This document shows, one piece after another, positions 37,027-45,865 of a DNA stretch of 64,000 bases. A program made the position numbers and the translations under genes. The notes beneath the pieces were generated by a model. The model saw only the letters and a program-made list of their open reading frames with translations, was not told the origin of the DNA and did no database searches. The stretch is from a virus (taxonomy: Duplodnaviria > Heunggongvirae > Uroviricota > Caudoviricetes). The DNA lies in IMG/VR virus record IMGVR_UViG_3300032220_001761, positions 1,134 through 65,133 of that record. One strand, given 5' to 3'. Positions within the stretch are counted from its first letter, which is position 1; each line of letters begins with the position of its first letter.

Positions 37027-38631
37027 ATGGATAAGTTAATAGATTGCTTCACATTCTATAATGAGCTAGATATGCTAGAGCTCAGATTTAGAGAGATATA
37101 TGATACTGTCGATAAATTCATAATAGTTGAAGCCGATAAAACATTCGGAGGAGAAAAAAAGCCTTTTTTACTGGATGAGAACATAGAAAGATTCTCTAAA
37201 TGGAGTGATAAAATAATTCATATCAAGATAAATTTTCCTAATATAGGATCAAATCCTTGGGACTATGAAAGGTATCAAAGGAATTCTTTCATGCAAGCTC
37301 TGTATTTTTTAGGATTGACAGATTCTGACAAGGTTATGATAACAGATGTTGATGAAATCCCAGATCCCAATACTATCTCATACATTAAGACTTATCCATT
37401 GAATGGAATTTATAAATTAGAGATGGATCATTATTTTGGTTCTTTTAGAAATAAAATGTCCAATCCGGAAAAATGGTATCATCCTAAGATAATGAATTGG
37501 GGGCATCTTAAAAATTCAACCCCAGATAACTGTAGATCCGACTTCAATTGCCAATGGTGGGAAAGAGGAGGATGGCATCTTTCTTATTTCGGAGGTCCAG
37601 AAAAGATATCAAAAAAGATTGGAAGTTTTTCTCATCAAGAATACAATAATGAAGTAATAAGGGATGTAAACAGGATATCAGATAAAATAAAATCTAACAG
37701 GGATTTTTTAGATGATTGGAGATCCTTCGTTAATATAAACCCGGAATCTAATCCTTATCTACCAAAAAATTGGAGAATACTTGAAAAATACGAAGAGGAG
37801 TATTTTCCTGAACTTTATGCTAAAAAAGATTTAGTCCTAGGATCTGCTATAAACATAGATCTAAATTCCATAATGACATTTATTAGGTCGTTGAGAAAAT
37901 ACAATAAAGAATGTAGCATATCAATCATAGTTGAAAATAATATAGACGAAGTTAAAAAATCTTCTATCAAAAAGGAGGGGGTAAATCTTATTTTTACATC
38001 AATCAGTACATTTTTAGAATCACCAATAAATAACATCAGATACCTAAAGTTTTTTGAATTTATCAAAGATCATGAAAATGAATATAAAAACGTATTGATC
38101 TCTGATGTTAGAGACGTTTATTTTCAAAATGATCCATTTAAAGGATTGGAAAAAAACTCAATATTCTTTGCTGAGGAGGATGAATCTAAGACAATAAAGG
38201 ATGATGATAGATTTAACTCGAGATGGATTAGACAAACATATGGGGATATTATTTTAGAGGATCTAAATAATGAAAAAATAACATGCTGTGGAACAGTAAT
38301 AGGATCATATAGAAACATATCAGCATATCTAGAATTTATGACTAATGAAATAATTAGATTCTATAAAGAGAAAAATCCTTTCTTTAATGATATGCTAGAC
38401 ACAGCAATTCATACCTATATTTATTACAAAAGGAGGGATTTGCTAGAAAATCCTTCTATGAAAAATAATGGGGATTTATTTGGGACAGTGGGAATAACGG
38501 TAAAAGAATTCCCAGATAAAATAACAATAAAGAATAATTTAATAGAGGTGAACGGAAAAATTCCTTCTATAATCCATCAATACGATAGGTCAGAATGGTT
38601 AAAAAAATTTATTAATCTAAATTCAAAATAA
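37027..38631 (+). CDS. glycosyltransferase family 17-like (bisecting-GlcNAc-transferase-like N-domain) with a C-terminal extension
   Basis: LIDCFTFYNELDMLELRFREIYDTVDKFIIVEADKTFGGEKKP matches the GT17 N-terminal signature (CF.F.NE.D.LE.R...L...VD.F.IVE...TF.G..K). Confidence 0.55.
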   Translation: MDKLIDCFTFYNELDMLELRFREIYDTVDKFIIVEADKTFGGEKKPFLLDENIERFSKWSDKIIHIKINFPNIGSNPWDYERYQRNSFMQALYFLGLTDSDKVMITDVDEIPDPNTISYIKTYPLNGIYKLEMDHYFGSFRNKMSNPEKWYHPKIMNWGHLKNSTPDNCRSDFNCQWWERGGWHLSYFGGPEKISKKIGSFSHQEYNNEVIRDVNRISDKIKSNRDFLDDWRSFVNINPESNPYLPKNWRILEKYEEEYFPELYAKKDLVLGSAINIDLNSIMTFIRSLRKYNKECSISIIVENNIDEVKKSSIKKEGVNLIFTSISTFLESPINNIRYLKFFEFIKDHENEYKNVLISDVRDVYFQNDPFKGLEKNSIFFAEEDESKTIKDDDRFNSRWIRQTYGDIILEDLNNEKITCCGTVIGSYRNISAYLEFMTNEIIRFYKEKNPFFNDMLDTAIHTYIYYKRRDLLENPSMKNNGDLFGTVGITVKEFPDKITIKNNLIEVNGKIPSIIHQYDRSEWLKKFINLNSK

Positions 38632-38637
38632 CAAAAA

Positions 38638-39183
38638 ATGAGAAATAAAATTTTCGACAAAATATGGGATCTACAGACTAAAGTCCCTACTATAAATAAG
38701 TTCTTCTCTTTTAGTCTTGAAGACTTACATGAAAATCCAGAAAAATGTCTGGAGGAGATAGAGCATTATCTAGAAAAACACGGAGATAAAATAGAGGATT
38801 TTTCATTCGAATCATGGATTGACGAAGATACCTTTAAGCCTGTTCTTATGTTAAAGATGGTACCTGTTGAAGAATTGGCGAAACATCTATTCCCTTCGAA
38901 TGTTCTAAACCTTCTTCTTCCCTCATCTAAAGAATCAGAGATCCTAAGAAATAGAATCACTTCAGTTCTTTCGAAATATGCTTTTGATTTTAACGATGAT
39001 GATACTAGAAAAGCTATGGCTAGTGATCTAGAATTCGTTCTTTCTGGGGTAGAAGTACTGGATAAAACCACATTTGAAAATATTGACAAAGGGATACTTA
39101 ATTTCATCGTAAGACACGATGATCATGAAATGACATTACAAGAGTATTTGGAGCTTGTAGCGGACAAAAAAAGATATGAATAA
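38638..39183 (+). CDS. hypothetical protein
   Basis: 181-aa ORF. Confidence 0.45.
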   Translation: MRNKIFDKIWDLQTKVPTINKFFSFSLEDLHENPEKCLEEIEHYLEKHGDKIEDFSFESWIDEDTFKPVLMLKMVPVEELAKHLFPSNVLNLLLPSSKESEILRNRITSVLSKYAFDFNDDDTRKAMASDLEFVLSGVEVLDKTTFENIDKGILNFIVRHDDHEMTLQEYLELVADKKRYE

Positions 39184-39574
39184 AGAGATTTTAAATATAG
39201 CTTTAATAGCACACGACGGAAAAAAAGCTGACATGGTTAGCTTTGTAGCGAAAAGGTTGGATTTTTTCAACAGAAATAGCGTAGAAATTTACGCTACAGG
39301 TACTACTGGTAAGTTTTTGAAGTTTGCCGGGATACAAAAAGTTCATCCTATGCTCAGTGGGCCTAACGGTGGAGATGCACAAATAGGTGCTATGGTTGCA
39401 GAAGGAAAAATAAAGGCTGTGCTCTTTTTTAGAGATCCTTTGAATCCACACCCACATGAACCAGATATACAGATGTTAATGAGAATATGTGATGTTCACA
39501 CTGTTCCTTTAGCAACTAATTACATGACAGCAAAATATGTAATAGACTGGTTTGATACTAATATCCCTGAATAA
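39176..39574 (+). CDS. mgsA: methylglyoxal synthase
   Basis: Collinear with E. coli MgsA: IALIAHDGKKADMV, YATGTTGKF, MLSGPNGGDAQIGAMVAEGKI, LFFRDPLNPHPHEPD, PLATN. The catalytic His-Asp and GGD residues are conserved. Confidence 0.8.
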   Translation: MNKEILNIALIAHDGKKADMVSFVAKRLDFFNRNSVEIYATGTTGKFLKFAGIQKVHPMLSGPNGGDAQIGAMVAEGKIKAVLFFRDPLNPHPHEPDIQMLMRICDVHTVPLATNYMTAKYVIDWFDTNIPE

Positions 39575-39611
39575 TTTCAAGGTATATCACATATAGGATA
39601 TTTTAATTGGA

Positions 39612-40715
39612 TTATGAGAAGTTTTCAGATATTTGATTATCTTCAAATGATCCGCCAGCTCCGGCACCTCCAAAATGACCCCCTCCAAAATGTGTTTCGT
39701 GTTTATCTTCAAATAGGGTAGAACCATCTCCAACTACTTCTCTTAACAGGAAATAGTTTATCATATAATTTTGATCATCTAAATTATTGGTTAGATATAA
39801 ACCATTTTCGTCAGTTTCTGTAATACTCTTAGCTTTAGGCGTAAAGTCTTGGATTCTTTTCAGATAGCTTCTTTTGGTTAAATCCCCGTGCCATATATGA
39901 AAAAGATTTCCTTTAACATATCCAATCTTTCCTTGTACAACCCAATAGAATTTTGATGACCATCCGTTTACATTTCCGAGATCATCAGAAAAAGATTTGG
40001 CTATACATGAGTGACCAATTTGGCCTGCTGCTGCATGTGCAATTATATGATCCGCTCCACCGACCAAGGCTTTATCGAAAAGTGGAACCTCCTCTAATAC
40101 TTCTCTTCTTGCACCCCATGCAAATCCTACATGACCGTGGATATCATAATTTTCTCTGGCAGATAGATGTTTAGAGTAAACGTAATTAGCGCAGAAGCTT
40201 CTCCACATATCAGGATGCCTTAAATCTTTATCCATGGAAAACTTCTTGTGATTTTCAAAATCAAAATTGGGTTTGTCCATATCTTTTTGAAGATGAATGC
40301 ACCATTCAAAAGGTTGAATAATCTTATTAGAATGAAGTTCTTGAACTCCTTCTACTATCCAATTTTCGTTGTCAAAAATAACATCCGCGTCTACCCAGAA
40401 AACAAATTTATATTCCTCTGGAAGTGTTGAAACTATTTTATTCAAAAGCGATTCCTTGTGCCATAGGAGATTTTTTGTTCTTATGACAGATACATTCTTG
40501 AGATGAGAAAACTCCGGTGAATCTTCACCAATTACACACTCAATAATCCTGAAATTTGTGTGCTTAATAGATTCATAGAATTTCATGAATGCTTTTCTTC
40601 GATACTCAGATTTCTGAGGGTTAAAGAAGCAAGAAATTATAACAGCCTCCGGATGGGATTTGTATCCAGATTGTTTTTGTTTTTTAAAAAAATTTGAAAA
40701 GAACATTTTATGCAA
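39612..40715 (-). CDS. putative GT-A-fold glycosyltransferase with glycine-rich C-terminus
   Basis: FVFWVDADVIF (DxD-type motif), overall nucleotide-diphospho-sugar transferase-like. C-terminal HFGGGHFGGAGAGGSF. Confidence 0.4.
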   Translation of the reverse strand: MHKMFFSNFFKKQKQSGYKSHPEAVIISCFFNPQKSEYRRKAFMKFYESIKHTNFRIIECVIGEDSPEFSHLKNVSVIRTKNLLWHKESLLNKIVSTLPEEYKFVFWVDADVIFDNENWIVEGVQELHSNKIIQPFEWCIHLQKDMDKPNFDFENHKKFSMDKDLRHPDMWRSFCANYVYSKHLSARENYDIHGHVGFAWGARREVLEEVPLFDKALVGGADHIIAHAAAGQIGHSCIAKSFSDDLGNVNGWSSKFYWVVQGKIGYVKGNLFHIWHGDLTKRSYLKRIQDFTPKAKSITETDENGLYLTNNLDDQNYMINYFLLREVVGDGSTLFEDKHETHFGGGHFGGAGAGGSFEDNQISENFS

Positions 40716-41214
40716 GTCTTAAGGGTGATAAAAATTTTCTCAATGCAACTATTTTTTCGGCTTCCTGTGGATCTGATGAAAAATTCTCGACCCAAGAATC
40801 ATAAGGGGGGATAAAATCACCGCCTCCGGCCTTGGCGTAGTCTGAAACGATCTTTTCGTAATCTGTCCAGTTTTCCTTATCCCAAACTCTATCTTCTACC
40901 AAGAAAACAACAGCTGTTAATTGATCTCCTAGATCTGGCTCATAGAATAAAGCGACCTTCTTTTCACCAATCAGCATTCTTAAAAATGAAGCATGTTGAT
41001 TAAGAGTACCAGGAGAAATTGGATTTGTACTTGTTGTGCCTCCATTTAAGATGATAAAGGTCTTATCCTCTTTAGCCCATCTTTGGTATTCAGGTGTTTC
41101 TCCATAGAGTAACCCATACTCAACTACTGCATGTCCAAATTGTATCCCTTGTTGGATAGGACTGATGTTATATGGGACTAACCCATACATTCTATATTTT
41201 CTTTCTGTATTCAT
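40708..41214 (-). CDS. hypothetical protein, possibly a divergent PTH2-fold protein
   Basis: YGLVPYNISPIQQGIQFGHAVVEY and ALFYEPDLGDQLTAVVF loosely parallel the PTH2 blocks (DL.M..GK.AAQ..HA and DAGRTQI..GS.TV.AIGP). Confidence 0.35.
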   Translation of the reverse strand: MNTERKYRMYGLVPYNISPIQQGIQFGHAVVEYGLLYGETPEYQRWAKEDKTFIILNGGTTSTNPISPGTLNQHASFLRMLIGEKKVALFYEPDLGDQLTAVVFLVEDRVWDKENWTDYEKIVSDYAKAGGGDFIPPYDSWVENFSSDPQEAEKIVALRKFLSPLRLA

Positions 41215-41948
41215 TGCTTTTCAAATGTTGGTTTTAACCATAATCCCCTACCAAAAACTAGTTTAGTAAATCCTGGAAGTACTTCTTCTACAGATCTGAA
41301 AAGCTCTAGTGTTCTAACAGTATCAGCTTTCATCATCTTGTAAACTTCCTCCCTGATTCTTTCAGCACTAACCACCTTTTCTAATTTTTCAAGGATATCA
41401 GGCTGGTTCATTGCATTCATGATGTCAAGATGAATATCAAATCCCTTAGTAATTGAGAATCTCAAAGCTCTTAAGAATCTCAAAGGATCGTCCATCATAG
41501 TTTTGTATGCGGGCAGGGGGGTTCTCAAAATTCTTCTCTCGAGATCCTTTACCCCTCCGAATAGATCTATCAGATTACCATCGACATCTTTTGCCATGGC
41601 ATTAAGAGTAAAATCTCTTCGGATCAAATCGTCTTCAAGTGTTCCTAGAACAAGAATAGGGTTTCTTGTCCCTTCTTGGTATCCTATCTCTTTCCTAGCC
41701 ATAACAAAGTCAGCGACTAGGCCATTGAATTTATGATCCTTTGGAAACTTAGCTCTAATCGTAAACATTTCTGGAGTAGACAAGAATATTTCGTATCCCC
41801 TTTCTTTCATCCATTGCGTCATCTCATCGAATCCCTCACCTACAGTCTTGTTTAGATCATCAAGAACAAAGGTAAAGTCAATATCCTTAGATTCGATACC
41901 TAGTATCTCATCTCTTACGCATCCTCCTACAAAAAATATCTCTGGCAT
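41211..41948 (-). CDS. tRNA nucleotidyltransferase (CCA/CC/A-adding enzyme, class II head-and-neck only)
   Basis: IFFVGGCVRDEILG..SKDIDFTF (GGxVRD...DxD), RRDFTLNAMA, DPLRFLRALRF. Confidence 0.8.
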   Translation of the reverse strand: MPEIFFVGGCVRDEILGIESKDIDFTFVLDDLNKTVGEGFDEMTQWMKERGYEIFLSTPEMFTIRAKFPKDHKFNGLVADFVMARKEIGYQEGTRNPILVLGTLEDDLIRRDFTLNAMAKDVDGNLIDLFGGVKDLERRILRTPLPAYKTMMDDPLRFLRALRFSITKGFDIHLDIMNAMNQPDILEKLEKVVSAERIREEVYKMMKADTVRTLELFRSVEEVLPGFTKLVFGRGLWLKPTFEKQ

Positions 41949-41951
41949 ATC

Positions 41952-41992
41952 TCAAAAATTATCCCGCTAGAATAGAAACTTCTAGCGGGATA
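41952..41992 (-). terminator. intrinsic terminator for the minus-strand vWA operon
   Basis: 12-bp perfect stem ATCCCGCTAGAA/TTCTAGCGGGAT with a 7-nt loop. On the minus strand it is followed by TAATTTTTG. Confidence 0.6.
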
Positions 41993-42010
41993 AAAAAATG
42001 TTTATGAGTA

Positions 42011-42670
42011 TTATTTTGATTCGTCTCTTTGCTTATCATTAAAATCAAGATCCTTTGAAATCTGATCTAGATCAAAATCTGATAGATTCAAAGAAGCAAG
42101 TTTAGAGCTTCTGTATTTCTTCATGTTGCTAGAAACGCTCTGGAAAACATTAGAAGTAGAAAGATCATTGCTCGAATAGTTAATCGAGTTAGATCCTTTA
42201 ATACCAATAGAACCACCTGCTTGTATTGCGTCCTGATTTGCAGCCAAGAATAAGAATTTCCATCCCTCGTTGGTTTGAGTCTCAATCATTTTCATGATAG
42301 CCTCTCTCTTGTAAGTTCTGCTAGCATTTTCTTCTCCATCTGTGATGATTACAAAAATCACGTCACGGTCGGTTTTTAGATCCTCAATTGTTTTACCAAT
42401 TGCATCAAGAAGAGCAGTAGATCCACGTGGAATAAATGTCTCATTCAACACTAGGTTATCCACGTTTTTAACAGGTACGCTCTGATAGTTCATCTCGTAT
42501 CTGTCATCGAATTGTACAAGGGTAACAAATGCTTCGCCCTCTGCATTTTTTTGTTCGTCAAGGAATTTATTAAACCCTTCTACAGTTGCTTTATCAATTC
42601 CTCTCATTGACCCAGATCGGTCTAGCACCATAACGATCTCAGTCTGTGCTAATTTTTTTTCTTCTTTCAT
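42011..42670 (-). CDS. von Willebrand factor A domain protein
   Basis: MIDAS motif VMVLDRSGSM, plus ...TALLDAIG... and VIFVIITDGEEN. Confidence 0.7.
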   Translation of the reverse strand: MKEEKKLAQTEIVMVLDRSGSMRGIDKATVEGFNKFLDEQKNAEGEAFVTLVQFDDRYEMNYQSVPVKNVDNLVLNETFIPRGSTALLDAIGKTIEDLKTDRDVIFVIITDGEENASRTYKREAIMKMIETQTNEGWKFLFLAANQDAIQAGGSIGIKGSNSINYSSNDLSTSNVFQSVSSNMKKYRSSKLASLNLSDFDLDQISKDLDFNDKQRDESK

Positions 42671-43929
42671 TTTGTAAATATTTGTTTAACACTGGAAATT
42701 AAATTATTCCATTTTTTCTTTATAGAGTCTTTTACAGAAAGAATTCGGTTATCGATTCTTTTTATAAGTTCCTCCTCGTCTGTAACTATATTATTAACCA
42801 CTGCCCAGTAACAAAGACCAAATGTCAAGAGAATAGTAATTATATAGGTTGTAATTATAGCCCAGGTTGGGGGATCGACAGTAACGTAATTAAACTCTTT
42901 GAAATCCTTTCTTTCAAAGTCTTTCATGCTCTTATCGATAGCTGCTGTTATTCTTTCTGGATTAAACATATCAATGTTCACGATATCCTCTCTTAGATTA
43001 ACCAGGATCTCTCTATTAGGTGTCCAAGAAAAGGCCTTAACCCATTGCATATGGTTAGTAGCAGATGAAAGACCTATACAGACAACAAGATCATTGTCGT
43101 TTCCTCCGTCCCAGTAAGATTCTTGCATTAAAGCTGCAGTTTGTGGTTGATCCTGGAATAAAAGTACCCATATCTTCCCGTGTTTTTTCGGTCCCCAATA
43201 CCCAGATGAATATTGCAATAACCTATCGAATGTCCATTTATCATTATCGCTAATCCATTGGATAGAATCCTCTCCAAGTAAAACGTCTTGTCTGAATTCG
43301 TTCAATTCGGGGTAATCGTACAGTTTGTATGTTTTCTTATCGTCTTCAGAAACCTCCGGGAAATCAAATGCTGAATGAGCAGCTTGTATTCTGTTTTCGT
43401 ACCAATGTGAAGTTACTGTTTGTTCAGAAGTAAGATGGTTTTTATCCCAATAGATTTCATACTTATCTCCGTCTTGTCCGCAAGATCCGTTATAATTTAT
43501 ACTTCTATTTAATTCTACAAATTGAAGGCTTGCTTTCCATCTTTTTTGCAGTTCCGTATAGAAATCCCTATTGATAGAAAATGATTCTCCTAGATCATTA
43601 ACCACCTTATATTGTGGAGGATTTTCATCGCAGTATGAACAATCATAATAAACTGTAGTTGTGGTTTTACCAACTTTGACTGTTCTACTACATGTTTTAT
43701 GAACCCATGTTGTGTAGGGCTCGTAATACTCAGCTTTTACTACTAATGCAGAATGATATTCAGTATCTGTAGTTTCGATCTTCTCCACACTAAATTTAAA
43801 AATAAGGGTAAAGATCAAACAAGCAAGAATTGGAATTAAAACTTCCCACCAAGCCAAATGTGATCTAAACCACCTTAGCATAATAAAAGCTCCAATCAAT
43901 GGAATTAAAAGAGACAGCCAGATTACCAT
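42667..43929 (-). CDS. large membrane protein with an extracytoplasmic domain
   Basis: Two N-terminal TM helices and one C-terminal TM helix. Cys-rich middle domain. 4-bp overlap with the vWA gene. Confidence 0.5.
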   Translation of the reverse strand: MVIWLSLLIPLIGAFIMLRWFRSHLAWWEVLIPILACLIFTLIFKFSVEKIETTDTEYHSALVVKAEYYEPYTTWVHKTCSRTVKVGKTTTTVYYDCSYCDENPPQYKVVNDLGESFSINRDFYTELQKRWKASLQFVELNRSINYNGSCGQDGDKYEIYWDKNHLTSEQTVTSHWYENRIQAAHSAFDFPEVSEDDKKTYKLYDYPELNEFRQDVLLGEDSIQWISDNDKWTFDRLLQYSSGYWGPKKHGKIWVLLFQDQPQTAALMQESYWDGGNDNDLVVCIGLSSATNHMQWVKAFSWTPNREILVNLREDIVNIDMFNPERITAAIDKSMKDFERKDFKEFNYVTVDPPTWAIITTYIITILLTFGLCYWAVVNNIVTDEEELIKRIDNRILSVKDSIKKKWNNLISSVKQIFTK

Positions 43930-43949
43930 TCTTTATAGATTAAATTGTT

Positions 43950-44372
43950 TTAAGCCATTGGCTTTAATTTTACTTCGTAAATGATGATATCCGCAGGATC
44001 CTTCATAAAGTAGAATTTGTCTATAATCTCTATGAACGATATTCCATGGAACCATGAGATATTACTTTTTCCCTCACCTTTCTTAGCCCATAAAACCTCA
44101 TAATTCATCCGATTAGTTTTATAATCAGACCTGATATAAGTGAGCATTGATTTTAGAGAATCAATCTTGTTTTTCGAGGTGCATTTATGAAAAAGAAATC
44201 TCTCTCCGTGATTTTTAGAAATTGTAATAAGAGAAAGATCTGTCTCGTCGTCGTTTTCCTGATAGTCAAAATAAACTATGACATCGCTAAGCTCTTTTTT
44301 AATTTCATCTTCTAGTTTTAGTTCCTCTAATAAGATAGAAGAAGGCTTGTTATTGAATGACATTGATTCCAC
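43950..44372 (-). CDS. hypothetical protein
   Basis: 140-aa ORF. Confidence 0.45.
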   Translation of the reverse strand: MESMSFNNKPSSILLEELKLEDEIKKELSDVIVYFDYQENDDETDLSLITISKNHGERFLFHKCTSKNKIDSLKSMLTYIRSDYKTNRMNYEVLWAKKGEGKSNISWFHGISFIEIIDKFYFMKDPADIIIYEVKLKPMA

Positions 44373-44374
44373 AA

Positions 44375-44935
44375 TTAAAACACTTTAACATCGTTGTCTT
44401 TACCAGTTCTTATAACCTCATCAGTTCGGTCAGATGTAATTGGCTTATACTCTAGATGCTTACGACCTAGAAAAGCATTCCAAAGACTTCCTGGGAATTT
44501 ATCGATGAGATTATTGTGCTCCATTACTATATTCTGGATCATTTTTTCTTCCATGAAGAATCCATCTCTCTGTCCCTCTACCGTACGGCTAAGATCTTGA
44601 TACAATACAGAGACCTGGTCATAATTTGCATTAGGATTTGATTCCTGTACCCATTTCATAAATAGATCCCCTGCGTCTTTTCGTCCCTCCATAATTGCGT
44701 TTACATTTTTTGTAAAAGAGGAATCGTTCTTAAGAGCGATTTGTGATTTCTGAGAGATTGTCTTCCACATTTTATCGTAGAAGGCTGTTCTTTCGTCCAT
44801 CTTTTGTTTAAACCTGTTTGATAAATCAATTTCTCCATTAGAGAAAGAAAGAAAAGATCCAATTGTTACCATGAATAAAATGGCGATAATCCCTACAATT
44901 GAGAGAGATACGATCAACTTTTTGTTAATGTTCAT
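44375..44935 (-). CDS. N-terminally membrane-anchored protein
   Basis: TM helix LIVSLSIVGIIAILFMVTIGSFL, then a soluble domain. Confidence 0.45.
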   Translation of the reverse strand: MNINKKLIVSLSIVGIIAILFMVTIGSFLSFSNGEIDLSNRFKQKMDERTAFYDKMWKTISQKSQIALKNDSSFTKNVNAIMEGRKDAGDLFMKWVQESNPNANYDQVSVLYQDLSRTVEGQRDGFFMEEKMIQNIVMEHNNLIDKFPGSLWNAFLGRKHLEYKPITSDRTDEVIRTGKDNDVKVF

Positions 44936-45031
44936 TTTTTTTATTTTTAAACTGGTTTCTTATTAATATAGGGTGAAACCTTGCCCTTTGTTTTTACTTA
45001 AAGAATTTTATATAGTTTCAATATATAAGAT

Positions 45032-45307
45032 ATGAACGAGCTACCATTTGAAGAAAAATGGATAAACCCTAATCAATCCATTAGAAAGTTTTCTTCTGAA
45101 TTAGATGATGAAGAACTAAAGTGGCATACGGACAACGAAGATCGAATCATCGAATGCACACATCCTACTGATTGGGAATTTCAATTCGATAACCTATTAC
45201 CACAGCCAATAGTTGGAAAAATCATCATACATGCAGGTACTTGGCATAGATTGATAAAAGGTACCGGTGATATTGAAATTAAAATCACGAGGATTAATCT
45301 TAGTTAA
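45032..45307 (+). CDS. hypothetical protein
   Basis: 91-aa ORF. Confidence 0.4.
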   Translation: MNELPFEEKWINPNQSIRKFSSELDDEELKWHTDNEDRIIECTHPTDWEFQFDNLLPQPIVGKIIIHAGTWHRLIKGTGDIEIKITRINLS

Positions 45308-45690
45308 GACATAAAATACATAACAACACCAATCAGATTTACAAAATGAGCTAGTCTAATAATTATTGCAAAAAGTGATTGGCCTTTACTCATCAACATC
45401 ATCAATGATATTAACCCGGAACATCCCAAAGCTGGATAGGTCATAAATGGAGGTTCCATTCCTTTTATGATAGATCCAACACAAATGACAGAGAGAATAA
45501 GGCCTATTCCGAGATTTAAAGCCCTCATCGCTTTTGCAGCACCATTATTAATCTCCCAAAGTACACTGCTGACTGAAGTTATCAGAGCGCATACAATTAA
45601 AATTATTTCTTTTGTTTCCATGGAGTAAAGATAGAAATTACTACTCAAGATAAAAAATGTTTTCTGTAAAAAATAAGATAAATATATCAT
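45304..45690 (-). CDS. small polytopic membrane protein
   Basis: Three to four hydrophobic helices. Confidence 0.45.
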   Translation of the reverse strand: MIYLSYFLQKTFFILSSNFYLYSMETKEIILIVCALITSVSSVLWEINNGAAKAMRALNLGIGLILSVICVGSIIKGMEPPFMTYPALGCSGLISLMMLMSKGQSLFAIIIRLAHFVNLIGVVMYFMS

Positions 45691-45865
45691 GACAAATGAA
45701 GAGCACCTCGAAGAGATTCTACACCATGCCCATCAGTTAGGAATAGTGAAGGAGTTAGAAAGTAGGATACCGGCAAATGTAAAATACCCCGATCTTTCAA
45801 CAGTTTATCTCCGCGAGATGCTCAAGATTGTAAAGGAAAAGAATCTTACCTATTCATCAGATTAA
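45689..45865 (+). CDS. hypothetical small protein (58 aa, below ORF-track cutoff)
   Basis: ATG at 45689 to TAA at 45863 in an otherwise empty gap. Charged/helical composition. Confidence 0.3.
   Translation: MTNEEHLEEILHHAHQLGIVKELESRIPANVKYPDLSTVYLREMLKIVKEKNLTYSSD

Noticed and set aside
44375-44935. Possible LemA-family assignment
   Set aside because: Has the N-terminal TM anchor, but the LemA core (QRR.DLIPNLV) is not present.
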